Positions 29,869 through 39,064 of a DNA stretch of 64,000 nucleotides are shown here, in pieces. The translations under genes and the position numbers were made by a program. The number at the start of each line of letters is the position of its first letter. The stretch's first letter is position 1. Source of the stretch: an uncultured Nitrospiraceae bacterium (GTDB taxonomy: Bacteria; Nitrospirota; Thermodesulfovibrionia; Thermodesulfovibrionales; SM23-35); contig CAVSHB010000002.1 of the NCBI GenBank assembly GCA_963727775.1, forward strand, positions 320,001 through 384,000, read 5' to 3'. Below the pieces are notes generated by a model. That model saw nothing but the letters and a program-made list of their open reading frames with translations. It searched no databases and was not told where the DNA came from.

Positions 29869-30378
29869 ATGAAGAAAGTTTTAATGGTAGGGCTTTCTGT
29901 CTTGTTTTTCAGCGGTCTTTTCCTGATGGTGAGGACCGGTAAGGAATTCAGCGGGGACCTGAAAATAACCGGGGGGTCTTTTATCGAAGGCCTCAAGATT
30001 TTGCAGAAGAAAAACGGAACAACAATCTGGACTCTTACGGCAACCAAGGCGCATTTTTTGGAAGACGAGAACAGAGCTGAGTTGAGCGATATCAGCATGA
30101 GGTTACAAAAAAACGGAGTGGTGCTCTATGCCGATAAGGGTATCTATAACCTTTCTGAAAGAAGCTTCACAACAAGCAGTGTTGTAAAGGCTGATGCGAA
30201 GGATTACAAAATAACAGCCGACTCGGTTGATTATGATGTGTCTTCAGGGAATATTAAGACGGGAGGCAGGATAAAGGTTGAAGGTAAAGGGTTTAAGGTT
30301 GAAGGCAAAGGGATGGAATCAGACGGCGACAAGAAGGTGAAAATATTAAACGATGTCACTGCAACATTTGATAGATAA
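29869..30378 (+). CDS. lptC: LPS export periplasmic protein LptC
   Basis: N-terminal TM, beta-jellyroll pattern (WTLTATKA, ADKG.Y), upstream of lptAB. The ORF track starts at 29854. Confidence 0.85.
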   Translation: MKKVLMVGLSVLFFSGLFLMVRTGKEFSGDLKITGGSFIEGLKILQKKNGTTIWTLTATKAHFLEDENRAELSDISMRLQKNGVVLYADKGIYNLSERSFTTSSVVKADAKDYKITADSVDYDVSSGNIKTGGRIKVEGKGFKVEGKGMESDGDKKVKILNDVTATFDR

Positions 30379-30859
30379 GTTTTCCCGCGTCAGCGCTTCT
30401 CTGATCATCTTGCTTTTACTGTCTGTAAACGGTTTTTCGGCGGAACAGAAAAAAACGGGACAGGAAAAGAAGATAAAGGGACCTATCACCATAACATCTA
30501 AAACGATGACGACTGATAATAAGGCCCATACAGCCCTTTTTGAGAATTCCGTTGTGGCAAGAACGACGGGTATGACCATATACTCCGATAGGATGCTTGT
30601 CTACTACGAAGAAGGCACAGGAAATGTCACAAGGATTGATGCGGCAGGAAATGTGAAGGTGATTAAAGAAAATAAGGTCATTACTTCCAATGAGGCCATC
30701 TATTATGCCGGGGTGGAAAAAGTTATTTTTACGGGTGAACCGAGGGCCGTAGAGGGTGAGAATGTTGTTACAGGCAAAATAATGACCTATCTTATGGATG
30801 ACGACCGTTTCCTTGTTGAAGACAGTAAGGTTATTCTCACAAAGAAGAAAGAACAGTAA
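30353..30859 (+). CDS. lptA: LPS transport periplasmic protein LptA
   Basis: Signal peptide, PITITS, IDAAGNV, FTGEP; OstA-like. Confidence 0.88.
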   Translation: MSLQHLIDKFSRVSASLIILLLLSVNGFSAEQKKTGQEKKIKGPITITSKTMTTDNKAHTALFENSVVARTTGMTIYSDRMLVYYEEGTGNVTRIDAAGNVKVIKENKVITSNEAIYYAGVEKVIFTGEPRAVEGENVVTGKIMTYLMDDDRFLVEDSKVILTKKKEQ

Positions 30860-30870
30860 CAGGGTTACGT

Positions 30871-31593
30871 ATGCATCTCCTTGAGGCAAAAGGACTTTCA
30901 AAACATTATGGGAAAAGGCATGTTGTCAACGGCCTGAATCTAAGTGTCCACACAGGTGAGATTGTGGGCCTCCTCGGCCCTAACGGCGCCGGGAAAACAA
31001 CAACCTTCTATATGATGGTTGGGCTTATTAAACCCGATGGCGGGAATATCTTTCTTGATAATGAAGACCTGACAACGCTCCCCATGTACCGAAGGTCCAG
31101 GATGGGGATCAGCTATCTGCCACAGGAACCGTCCATCTTCAAAAAGCTTACTGTTGAAGACAATCTCCGGGCTGTGCTCGAGATAAAGGGACTCCGCCGG
31201 GATGAAATTGAGGTTGAAACGGACCGTTTGCTAAAAGAATTTAATCTTGTCGAGCTTTCGCAAAAGGACGGCTATAAGCTTTCGGGGGGGGAGAGAAGGA
31301 AGACGGAAATAGCCAGGGCCATTGCGATAAAGCCCAGGTTTATACTGTTTGACGAACCTTTCGCGGGAATTGACCCTATTGCGATTATAGAACTCAAGAA
31401 AATGCTCAGTTATCTGAAAGAAAAAGGCCTCGGCGTATTGATAACGGACCATAATGTGCGGGATACCCTTTCCATAACGGATAGGGCTTATATTATTAAT
31501 AACGGCGAGATACTCGAAGAGGGAAGTCCCGGGAAAATTATAGTTAACCCGCGGGTTAAAGAGGCCTTTCTTGGAGAGGAGTTCACACTGTAA
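30871..31593 (+). CDS. lptB: LPS export ABC transporter ATPase LptB
   Basis: GPNGAGKTTTFYM, YLPQEPSIF, LSGGERR, DEPFAGIDP, TDHNVR. Confidence 0.97.
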   Translation: MHLLEAKGLSKHYGKRHVVNGLNLSVHTGEIVGLLGPNGAGKTTTFYMMVGLIKPDGGNIFLDNEDLTTLPMYRRSRMGISYLPQEPSIFKKLTVEDNLRAVLEIKGLRRDEIEVETDRLLKEFNLVELSQKDGYKLSGGERRKTEIARAIAIKPRFILFDEPFAGIDPIAIIELKKMLSYLKEKGLGVLITDHNVRDTLSITDRAYIINNGEILEEGSPGKIIVNPRVKEAFLGEEFTL

Positions 31594-33035
31594 TGGCGTT
31601 GGAAAGCAGACTTGAACTCAGATTATCGCAAAAATTAATACTTACGCCGCAGCTCCAGCAGGCAATAAAGATGCTCCAACTGCCCCATCTTGAGCTTACC
31701 GAGTTCCTGAATCAGGAACTTATGGAAAATCCGTTGCTGGAAGAAACTCCGGATGAGGTACCGGATGAAGAACTTACAGCCGAAGAAAGAGATTCGATAG
31801 AAGTCGAAGATACCTTTGAAGACGCAGGCGCTCCGCTCGAAAGGCTTATGAACTTTTCGGTAGATGAATACTTTGAGGAGAGAGGGTCTGACGGAAGGGA
31901 CATGGGGTATTTCAATCCCGGTGTTATAACTCCTCCATCATTCGACCAATTCCTCTCCAAAAAACCGGACTTGTACGACCATCTCCTGTGGCAATTGCGG
32001 ATGTCAAATTTGCCGGAGGAGATAAAAAAAGCCGGTGAAATAATAATAGGCAATATAGATGAAAACGGATATCTGATCTCTTCTGTTGAGGAGATGGTTG
32101 AGATGGAAAAAATCCCGCCGGAGACAGTCGAAAAAGCACTCTATTTGGTCCAGAGTTTTGACCCTTCAGGGGTCGGAGCAAGAAATATCAAGGAATGTTT
32201 ACTGCTGCAGTTATGGGTGTTGAACCTGCAAGGCACGATCATAGAGAAGATAATTGCGAACAATATGGATGATCTCGAAAAAAAGAAATATACATCTATT
32301 GCTCAACAGTACAATCTGCCCCTAAAGGATATCATGACGGCAGTGAATGTTATCGAGGGGCTTGAACCGAAGCCGGGCAGAAATTACTCCAGCACAAGTA
32401 CTAATTATATCATCCCTGATGTCTACCTGATCAAGACAGCGGAAGGGTATCAGATTATTTTGAATGACGAAGGATTGCCGAGACTGAGGGTGAGCAGTTT
32501 TTATAGAAAACTTATTCAGCAGAACAACGCCTACCCAAAAGAAGATAAACAGTTTCTTATGGAGAAATTGCGTTCCGCCGTCGGCCTGCTGAAAAGTCTG
32601 GACCAGAGAAACAGAACTATATATCGGGTAACAGAGACATTGCTCCATCTGCAAAGGGACTTCTTTGAGAGGGGGGTGGAACATCTCAAACCTTTGACCC
32701 TTAAAGATGTTGCGTCAACTCTTGACTTACACGAAAGTACGGTCAGCAGAGTTACTTCGAACAAGTTCCTGTCCTGTGAACATGGGGTGTTCTGCTTCAG
32801 GTATCTCTTCAGCAGCGCATTGCACAGCGGCTTGGGGAGTATCTCGTCAACATCTGTAAAAAGTACCATAAAAAAGATTGTAACAGAAGAGGATTCCCTG
32901 AAACCCCTGAGTGATCAGCAAGTAGCCGAGATATTAAGGAAAACCGGCATCGTAATTGCCAGAAGGACCGTTGCAAAATACAGAGAGGAAATGGGAATCC
33001 CGTCACAAGCGCAGAGGAAAAAATCGATAAGCTAA
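31593..33035 (+). CDS. rpoN: RNA polymerase sigma-54 factor
   Basis: LTPQLQQAI, HESTVSR, RpoN box ARRTVAKYRE. Confidence 0.98.
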   Translation: MALESRLELRLSQKLILTPQLQQAIKMLQLPHLELTEFLNQELMENPLLEETPDEVPDEELTAEERDSIEVEDTFEDAGAPLERLMNFSVDEYFEERGSDGRDMGYFNPGVITPPSFDQFLSKKPDLYDHLLWQLRMSNLPEEIKKAGEIIIGNIDENGYLISSVEEMVEMEKIPPETVEKALYLVQSFDPSGVGARNIKECLLLQLWVLNLQGTIIEKIIANNMDDLEKKKYTSIAQQYNLPLKDIMTAVNVIEGLEPKPGRNYSSTSTNYIIPDVYLIKTAEGYQIILNDEGLPRLRVSSFYRKLIQQNNAYPKEDKQFLMEKLRSAVGLLKSLDQRNRTIYRVTETLLHLQRDFFERGVEHLKPLTLKDVASTLDLHESTVSRVTSNKFLSCEHGVFCFRYLFSSALHSGLGSISSTSVKSTIKKIVTEEDSLKPLSDQQVAEILRKTGIVIARRTVAKYREEMGIPSQAQRKKSIS

Positions 33036-33046
33036 AAGGAGAACTT

Positions 33047-33571
33047 ATGAACATTATTGTAACAGGAAGACATCTTGAAGTTACGCCTGCTCTGAAAGAC
33101 TACGCAGAAAAAAAGATTAAGAGATTTGACCGCTATCTCTCCAACATATCTGAGGCTGTTGTGACCCTCAGCGTGGAAAAGTACAGACAGAAAGCGGAAG
33201 TCCTGCTCAAGGTCAACGGAGTCCTGATACAGGCAGAAGGGATTACCGGTGATGTCTATTCTTCGATTGATGAAGTTGCGGAAAAACTCGAAAGGCAGAT
33301 AAAAAAGTATAAAGAGAAACTCGTTTCGCATAGAAAGTCCGAAGGAAAAGCCGGCGCGGTTGAAGAAGAGGTTGCGGTCCCGGTTGAGGCCGGCAGGATC
33401 ATAAAAAATAAACGCTTTGAACTGAAGCCGATGAACCCTGATGAGGCGGTTATGCAGATGGAACTTCTCGACAAGGATTTCTTCGTCTTTACGAATGATA
33501 ACAGCGGGGATATAAATGTTCTCTATCGCAGGAGAGACGGGAATTTCGGTCTCATAGAACCTGTGAAATAA
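33047..33571 (+). CDS. hpf: Ribosome hibernation promoting factor (long HPF/RaiA)
   Basis: S30AE N-domain plus C-terminal KPM..DEA..QM...YRRRDG. Confidence 0.95.
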   Translation: MNIIVTGRHLEVTPALKDYAEKKIKRFDRYLSNISEAVVTLSVEKYRQKAEVLLKVNGVLIQAEGITGDVYSSIDEVAEKLERQIKKYKEKLVSHRKSEGKAGAVEEEVAVPVEAGRIIKNKRFELKPMNPDEAVMQMELLDKDFFVFTNDNSGDINVLYRRRDGNFGLIEPVK

Positions 33572-33604
33572 AGCGGTCAGACGCAAAGGATAACCGGCTT
33601 AAGG

Positions 33605-34450
33605 ATGAAACCGATGATTGTCATAATTACGGGACTTTCAGGTTCCGGCAAAACCGTTGCGCTACGGTCCATTGAGGACGCCGGTTTTTTTTGCGTAGAT
33701 AACCTTCCTATAGCGCTGATAGATTCATTTGTCTCAATTATATCGGAAAATATTCATATAAAAAAAATTGGGATAGGTATTGATATCAGGGAAAAAGGGC
33801 CGTTTTCCAGTATCAGCGATGTTCTGAGCATCCTAAGAGATAAATATCGTACCGAGATCCTTTTTCTTGAAGCGGAAAAAGACATACTTGTGAGGCGTTT
33901 TAAAGAGACGCGCAGGCCTCATCCACTGGGGGGCAGTATTGAAGAAGCGATACGAAAAGAAAAGGAAAGGCTTTTCCCTCTGCGAGAGTATGCAGATAGG
34001 ATTGTCGATACATCTTCTTTTACACCGCATCAATTGAGACAGATCGTTACGTCTCTTTACAAGTTCCGCATAGGCAAAAAAGCAATGACGGTTGTCCTCA
34101 TTTCGTTCGGTTTTAAGCTCGGTACGCCTCAGAACATCGACCTGCTATTTGATGCGAGGTTTCTTCCCAATCCGAACTTTGTGCCTGAATTAAAGGCTTT
34201 GAAGGGGACCGATAAAAGGGTCTCCGAATATGTGTTCAAGAATAAAACAACAAGACAATATGTGGACAAGATAGAGGAACTATTGGACTTCCTTGTCCCT
34301 TTGTATATTAAGGAAGGCAGGTCTTACCTGACAATCGGCATCGGGTGTACGGGTGGAAATCATCGCTCTCCGGCAATTGTTGAAAAACTGCGTGGTTATC
34401 TTAAGAAACATCCAATTGATATTAATATCGTTCACAGGGATATAAGTTAA
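33605..34450 (+). CDS. rapZ: RNase adapter / P-loop protein RapZ
   Basis: GLSGSGKT, CVDNLP, RRFKETRRPHP, GCTGGNHRS. Confidence 0.95.
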   Translation: MKPMIVIITGLSGSGKTVALRSIEDAGFFCVDNLPIALIDSFVSIISENIHIKKIGIGIDIREKGPFSSISDVLSILRDKYRTEILFLEAEKDILVRRFKETRRPHPLGGSIEEAIRKEKERLFPLREYADRIVDTSSFTPHQLRQIVTSLYKFRIGKKAMTVVLISFGFKLGTPQNIDLLFDARFLPNPNFVPELKALKGTDKRVSEYVFKNKTTRQYVDKIEELLDFLVPLYIKEGRSYLTIGIGCTGGNHRSPAIVEKLRGYLKKHPIDINIVHRDIS

Positions 34451-34509
34451 CGTACCCCGGTGTATTTCTTTACAAAGTTTAATTTAAGTTGTTAGTATAT
34501 AAACCTTGA

Positions 34510-34602
34510 GGAGAGGTGGCCGAGCCGGTCGAAGGCAGCCGCCTGCTAAGCGGTTGTGGGGATAAAACCTCACCCAGGGTTCGAATCCCTGCCTCTCCGC
34601 CA
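34510..34602 (+). tRNA. tRNA-Ser(GCT)
   Basis: GGAGAGG acceptor stem, anticodon loop CT-GCT-AA, long variable arm, GTTCGAATC T-loop, encoded CCA. Confidence 0.95.
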
Positions 34603-34653
34603 TAAAAAGTTAAAAACTAAAATGTTAAATCCGCAGGCTACAAGGAGGCAAAG

Positions 34654-35268
34654 ATGAAAAAGAAAGTATTAGTAATTGCATTATCTCTCGCATTGACTTT
34701 TGCTATAGGTGCATGCAAGAAAAAAGAAGAGCAGCCTGTCCCGAAGACTCAGGGACCGATGGCAACGGGTCCCGTGATGCCGCCAGGACAAATGCCGCCA
34801 GGACAAATGCCGCCAGGACAAATGCCGCCAGGACAAATGCCGCCAGGGGGGCAGCAATTTGCGAAGCCCGGTATGATGATGCAAAAAGGTCAAACAAAGA
34901 TAGTGGTGCCTGAATCGGTTAGGGGGCAATGGACTTCCGCAAAGCTGATTGTTGAAGATAAGGGCACAAAGGCAAAGCAGGAATATACAGTCAAGCTGAA
35001 CAGTGACTTTAAAGTCCCGAACTCCAATCTAAAGCTTCATGTGGGTGAGTTTCTGCCTGACTTCAAAATGGACGGTCTCAATCTTACTTCCGGATCAAAT
35101 GATCCGAGAAATCCGGCTTTGGGTATCCGGGTTTTTGAAAATAATAAGCAAATATTCCCTGCGCCTGGGAAACAATGGGGGTGGCTGTTTTCAAGAGTGC
35201 CTACAATACACCCATTTGAGCATCCGAAGTACAGCATTATCCTTAAAGAAGGACTGAAAAAAGGGTAA
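34654..35268 (+). CDS. Lipoprotein with MPPGQ repeats and a DUF2155-like domain
   Basis: Lipobox AIGAC; C-terminal EFLPDF..SN.P.NPA...GWLF..P..HPFEHPKY. Confidence 0.75.
   Translation: MKKKVLVIALSLALTFAIGACKKKEEQPVPKTQGPMATGPVMPPGQMPPGQMPPGQMPPGQMPPGGQQFAKPGMMMQKGQTKIVVPESVRGQWTSAKLIVEDKGTKAKQEYTVKLNSDFKVPNSNLKLHVGEFLPDFKMDGLNLTSGSNDPRNPALGIRVFENNKQIFPAPGKQWGWLFSRVPTIHPFEHPKYSIILKEGLKKG
34777..34847 (+). repeat. 15-bp perfect tandem repeat (atgccgccaggacaa x4.7)
   Basis: Four exact copies plus an 11-nt partial; encodes MPPGQ. Confidence 0.95.
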
Positions 35269-35300
35269 GGTATTATATTTTATTATGCCGCCAACTGAAA

Positions 35301-35377
35301 GCGCCCATAGCTCAGCTGGATAGAGCGTCGGACTACGAATCCGCAGGCCGGGGGTTCGAATCCCTCTGGGCGCGCCA
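35301..35377 (+). tRNA. tRNA-Arg(ACG)
   Basis: GCGCCCA acceptor stem, AGCTCAGCTGGATAGAGC D-arm, CT-ACG-AA loop, GTTCGAATC, CCA. Confidence 0.95.
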
Positions 35378-35380
35378 CCC

Positions 35381-36274
35381 ATGAACGTTGTCATAAATCT
35401 TAATAAACCTGAAAATATATCTTCACAGCAAGCAGTAACGAGGGTCAAACATCTTTTGGCTGCCAAAAAGGCAGGGCATGCCGGAACGCTTGACCCGATA
35501 GCGACAGGTATATTAATTGTTTGCCTGAATGAGGCAACCAAGATAACCGGATTTCTATCAGACCTTGATAAGGAATATGAGGTCCGCTTAAAACTCGGGG
35601 AAAGGACCGATACCTACGATTCGACCGGTACGATTATCAGTAAGACGGAGTTGGCTGTTATTAGTGAGGAAAAAATATTTAGTGTCCTGAATAATTTTAC
35701 CGGCCGGATAAAACAAACGCCTCCTATGTACTCTGCAATTAAAATAGGCGGACAAACCCTGTACAAACTTGCACGTAGAGGTATAACTATAGAACGTCCG
35801 GAAAGAACGATTATTATTTCTGCAATAGATATCTTAAGTTTTGACGAGCCCTATCTTGATCTGAGGGTATCATGCTCAAAGGGGACTTATATACGGACCC
35901 TCTGCGATGATGTCGGCAACGCTCTCGGCGTAGGCGCTCATATGGTTTCGCTAAAACGAATAAGGATCGGGCCATTCAGGATTGAAGATTCGGTAACAAT
36001 GGCAAATCTTCAGCGAAAAGATGCATTCCATTCTATGGATGCTGCGATTTCACATCTCGGTGAAATAATTTTTAATGAGAATTCCTATAGAAAAGCCAGA
36101 AACGGCATGTCTATCAATTTTGATGAAATTCCTTTGCTCGCCCCAACACTAAAGGATGGGTTAGAAAAATTAATTGTAAATCAATATGTTAGACTCAAGA
36201 ACCACGAAAATCTGCTCTTCGGGATAGGAAAAATAGAAAATAATAGAATAAAAATCGAAAGATTGTTAAACTAA
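35381..36274 (+). CDS. truB: tRNA pseudouridine(55) synthase TruB
   Basis: GHAGTLDP, PPMYSAIK, CSKGTYIR. Confidence 0.97.
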   Translation: MNVVINLNKPENISSQQAVTRVKHLLAAKKAGHAGTLDPIATGILIVCLNEATKITGFLSDLDKEYEVRLKLGERTDTYDSTGTIISKTELAVISEEKIFSVLNNFTGRIKQTPPMYSAIKIGGQTLYKLARRGITIERPERTIIISAIDILSFDEPYLDLRVSCSKGTYIRTLCDDVGNALGVGAHMVSLKRIRIGPFRIEDSVTMANLQRKDAFHSMDAAISHLGEIIFNENSYRKARNGMSINFDEIPLLAPTLKDGLEKLIVNQYVRLKNHENLLFGIGKIENNRIKIERLLN

Positions 36275-36330
36275 TTTCTTGAAGTTTTAGAATAACTCCT
36301 CTTATATTAAAGAAAAAATAGAAAAAATAC

Positions 36331-36359
36331 TTGACAATATCTTTTTTTTCTGGTATTCA
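36331..36359 (+). promoter_or_regulatory. pilM operon promoter, probably leaderless
   Basis: TTGACA-17-TATTCA with TGn, 6 nt before ATG 36366; no SD. Confidence 0.55.
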
Positions 36360-36365
36360 TAATCT

Positions 36366-37403
36366 ATGTTCTTTGGCGGAAGGAGTTCCATTGGTTTAGA
36401 CATAGGCTCAGGTTATCTTAAGGTTGTTCAACTGAAAGATACAAAAAGCGGGTATGAACTTGAGCTTTTTGATACGCTTCCTTTACCTCCGGAACTTATC
36501 GTCGATGGCTCAATAATAGATTCTCTTCGCCTCGAAGATTCCCTCAAAGAGCTTTCAAGGAAGGCAAAGATAAAGACAAAGGATGTTGCTATTAGTATAG
36601 CGGGTCATTCGTCTGTAATCATTAAACGGGTCTCCTTGCCTGATATGTCTGAAGAAGAGCTATCCGAATCCATAAAATTTGAGGCGGAGCAATATATACC
36701 ATTTGATATAGAAGACGTAGCCCTCGACTTTCAGATCCTTGGACCAAAAGAAGAGCCTGGACAGATGGATGTTATCATCGTTGCGGTAAAAAAAGATATC
36801 ATAAATGAATATATTTCTGTTGTAAAAGGAGCAGGATTTAATTGTCAGATTGTTGATGTTAATTCGTTTGCCCTTGAGAATATTTATGAGATCAATTATG
36901 AGATCGAACCTGGGAAAAATGTCGCTTTGGTGAATATCGGCACAAGTACGATCAATATGAATATTCTTAAAGGCGGCATTTCCGTTTTTACAAGGGATAG
37001 CGCAGTGGGAAGTAATCTCCACACTGAAGTCCTTCAGAGGGAATTCAATCTGACTTATGATGTAGCTGAAAGACTTAAGAGGGGTGACGCCGTTGAAAAT
37101 GTATCCCCGCAGGACGCCTTTTCAGTAATGGAATTGGCTTCAGAGGAGATAATAGGAGAAGTAAACCGTTCGCTGGAGTATTTCCATGAGGAGATCAACG
37201 AAGTAATATTAAGCGGCGGCTGTGCGCTTGTAAAAGACTTTTCTAACCTTGTCGCAGAAAAAATAGGGGTTGAGACAAAAATTATGCAACCCTTTAAGAA
37301 TATTCGAATTCCGAAAAAATTTGATGTGACGTACATAGAAGAAATGGCGCCTATGGCTGCTGTAGCAGCAGGATTGGCACTGAGAAGACCGGGCGACAGA
37401 TGA
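36366..37403 (+). CDS. pilM: Type IV pilus assembly protein PilM
   Basis: GLDIGSG actin-like fold, EAEQYIPF, GLALR C-terminus. Confidence 0.95.
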   Translation: MFFGGRSSIGLDIGSGYLKVVQLKDTKSGYELELFDTLPLPPELIVDGSIIDSLRLEDSLKELSRKAKIKTKDVAISIAGHSSVIIKRVSLPDMSEEELSESIKFEAEQYIPFDIEDVALDFQILGPKEEPGQMDVIIVAVKKDIINEYISVVKGAGFNCQIVDVNSFALENIYEINYEIEPGKNVALVNIGTSTINMNILKGGISVFTRDSAVGSNLHTEVLQREFNLTYDVAERLKRGDAVENVSPQDAFSVMELASEEIIGEVNRSLEYFHEEINEVILSGGCALVKDFSNLVAEKIGVETKIMQPFKNIRIPKKFDVTYIEEMAPMAAVAAGLALRRPGDR

Positions 37404-37939
37404 TAAAAATCAATCTCTTACCCGTCAAACGGAAAAAGAAAGCCAAGCCCATCCCGGCTTTTTTACTTGTTACAATTATCGTAACTCTGGTTTCAGGTAT
37501 TGTAATGGCCTATCTCGTCTTCTTTTTTAACTCCCGGCTGGCTGCAAAAAAAGCGCAGGTTGCCGCTAATGAAAAGACAATTGCAGAGCTCAAGGCAAAG
37601 ATAAAGGCAGTCGAAGATTTTGAGCAGCGTAACAAAACCTTTAAGGAACGAAGTGATATAATAGAGCAACTCAGTAAAAACAAGAGCATGCCGGTGAAGA
37701 TTCTGGATGAAATAAGCGCCCTCCTTCCCACCGGTGTCTGGTTCAGTTCATTGTCGGTTTCAGAAAGCGGCATAAGTATAGACGGCACCGGCTTTACAAA
37801 CCCTGATATCGTTTCGTATGTAGATAATCTTAAGAATTCAAAATTGTTTACTGAAGTTTATTTGCAGGAGACCCGGAGTCTCGAAATAGAAAAGATACCG
37901 GCGTATGTGTTCAAGTTAACATTCAAGGTAAAGGGGTGA
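37400..37939 (+). CDS. pilN: Type IV pilus assembly protein PilN
   Basis: MIKINLLP motif, TM, coiled coil. Confidence 0.93.
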   Translation: MIKINLLPVKRKKKAKPIPAFLLVTIIVTLVSGIVMAYLVFFFNSRLAAKKAQVAANEKTIAELKAKIKAVEDFEQRNKTFKERSDIIEQLSKNKSMPVKILDEISALLPTGVWFSSLSVSESGISIDGTGFTNPDIVSYVDNLKNSKLFTEVYLQETRSLEIEKIPAYVFKLTFKVKG

Positions 37940-37940
37940 A

Positions 37941-38552
37941 GTGGCCTTAAAAATTAATATCAACGTTAAGAAGTTACCTTTATACGCAAAAGTATTATTA
38001 GCCGTAGCGCCGGCGGTTATTATCATTGCGGTTGTTGTTTTTCTTTTGATTCTGCCGAAGAACAAGGAAATTAAGAACTTTGAAATAAAAATATCGGCGC
38101 AGGAAAATGAAATAGCAAAAAACCAGGCAAAGGCTGCAAAACTTCAGGAATTGACCCTGGAGAACGAGAGACTCAGAAAAAGGCTTGATGAGTTAAAATT
38201 GCAATTGCCGGAAGAAAAAGAGGTTTCTACCTTACTTAAACAGGTATCTGACCTATGTATCAGGTCCGGTCTTAAAATAGCGCTATGGAAGCCGGAACAG
38301 AAGAAGACCCATCCAAGCGGTATAGTTTATGAAATTCCGGTGAGGGTCGAGCTTTCGGGCAGTTACCATAACCTCGGTCATTTTTTCAGCAGCCTGACAA
38401 AGTTCAACAGGATAGTAAATATTTCTGACATAAAACTCTCTGATCCCAAGCCGGAAAAAGGGAGCGCCGTACTGAAGGTATCATTTATTGCTACGACATT
38501 TTCAGCGGTACCCGATGGAGAGATAGGAAAAGAAAAAGGGAAAGGCAAGTGA
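37941..38552 (+). CDS. pilO: Type IV pilus assembly protein PilO
   Basis: TM, coiled coil, LPEEKEV..LL, G.YH.LG.F...RIVNI. Confidence 0.93.
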   Translation: MALKININVKKLPLYAKVLLAVAPAVIIIAVVVFLLILPKNKEIKNFEIKISAQENEIAKNQAKAAKLQELTLENERLRKRLDELKLQLPEEKEVSTLLKQVSDLCIRSGLKIALWKPEQKKTHPSGIVYEIPVRVELSGSYHNLGHFFSSLTKFNRIVNISDIKLSDPKPEKGSAVLKVSFIATTFSAVPDGEIGKEKGKGK

Positions 38553-39064
38553 TAAGAAATACGGTATACCTTCTCTTGGTTATTTTTTTCTTTATCCCCT
38601 TTATCGGGTGTCAGAAAGAGACTGCTACAGGCAAAAAGCCGATGGCTGAAAAAGTTAAATCATTAGAAGCTAAGCCGGCTGCAACAAAGGCCGACGAGAC
38701 AAAGAAGGTTGAACAAGAAGAATACAAATATGATTCAAAAGGAAGAAGAGACCCTTTCCTTTCCCTTGTAGTTACAACAAAAGAAAAACCTACAAAGAAA
38801 AGAGGGGCGAGCCCTATCGAAAGTTTTGATATCGACGAAATACAGTTGTTGGCGATTGCATGGGACCATAATAAATATTATGCATTAATAATGCTTCCCG
38901 ACAAAAAAAATTATACTATTTCAGAAGGGATGACGCTCGGACTGCAGGGCGGAAAAGTATACAAGATAAACAACGATACCGTAGTAATCAGAGAATATGT
39001 GAAGGATTATAAGGGAGAAATGAAGCCAAGAGATTCAATATTGAAACTCCATAAGGGGGAATGA
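38549..39064 (+). CDS. pilP: Type IV pilus lipoprotein PilP
   Basis: Lipobox FIGC, RRDPF motif. Confidence 0.9.
   Translation: MIRNTVYLLLVIFFFIPFIGCQKETATGKKPMAEKVKSLEAKPAATKADETKKVEQEEYKYDSKGRRDPFLSLVVTTKEKPTKKRGASPIESFDIDEIQLLAIAWDHNKYYALIMLPDKKNYTISEGMTLGLQGGKVYKINNDTVVIREYVKDYKGEMKPRDSILKLHKGE

Noticed and set aside
33047..34450. Absence of ptsN/hprK between hpf and rapZ
   Set aside because: rpoN operon content is commonly variable; not informative without the rest of the genome.
34777..34847. Direct repeats as a possible CRISPR array
   Set aside because: The 15-bp units are contiguous with no spacers, lie in frame within a CDS, and there are no cas genes.
34713..34913. Alternative-frame ORFs with AARTN/WRHLS/AAFVL repeats
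   Set aside because: They are artefacts of the 15-bp repeat read in other frames.
34510..35377. tRNA genes as integration sites of an island
   Set aside because: No integrase and no duplicated tRNA 3' end was seen in the window.
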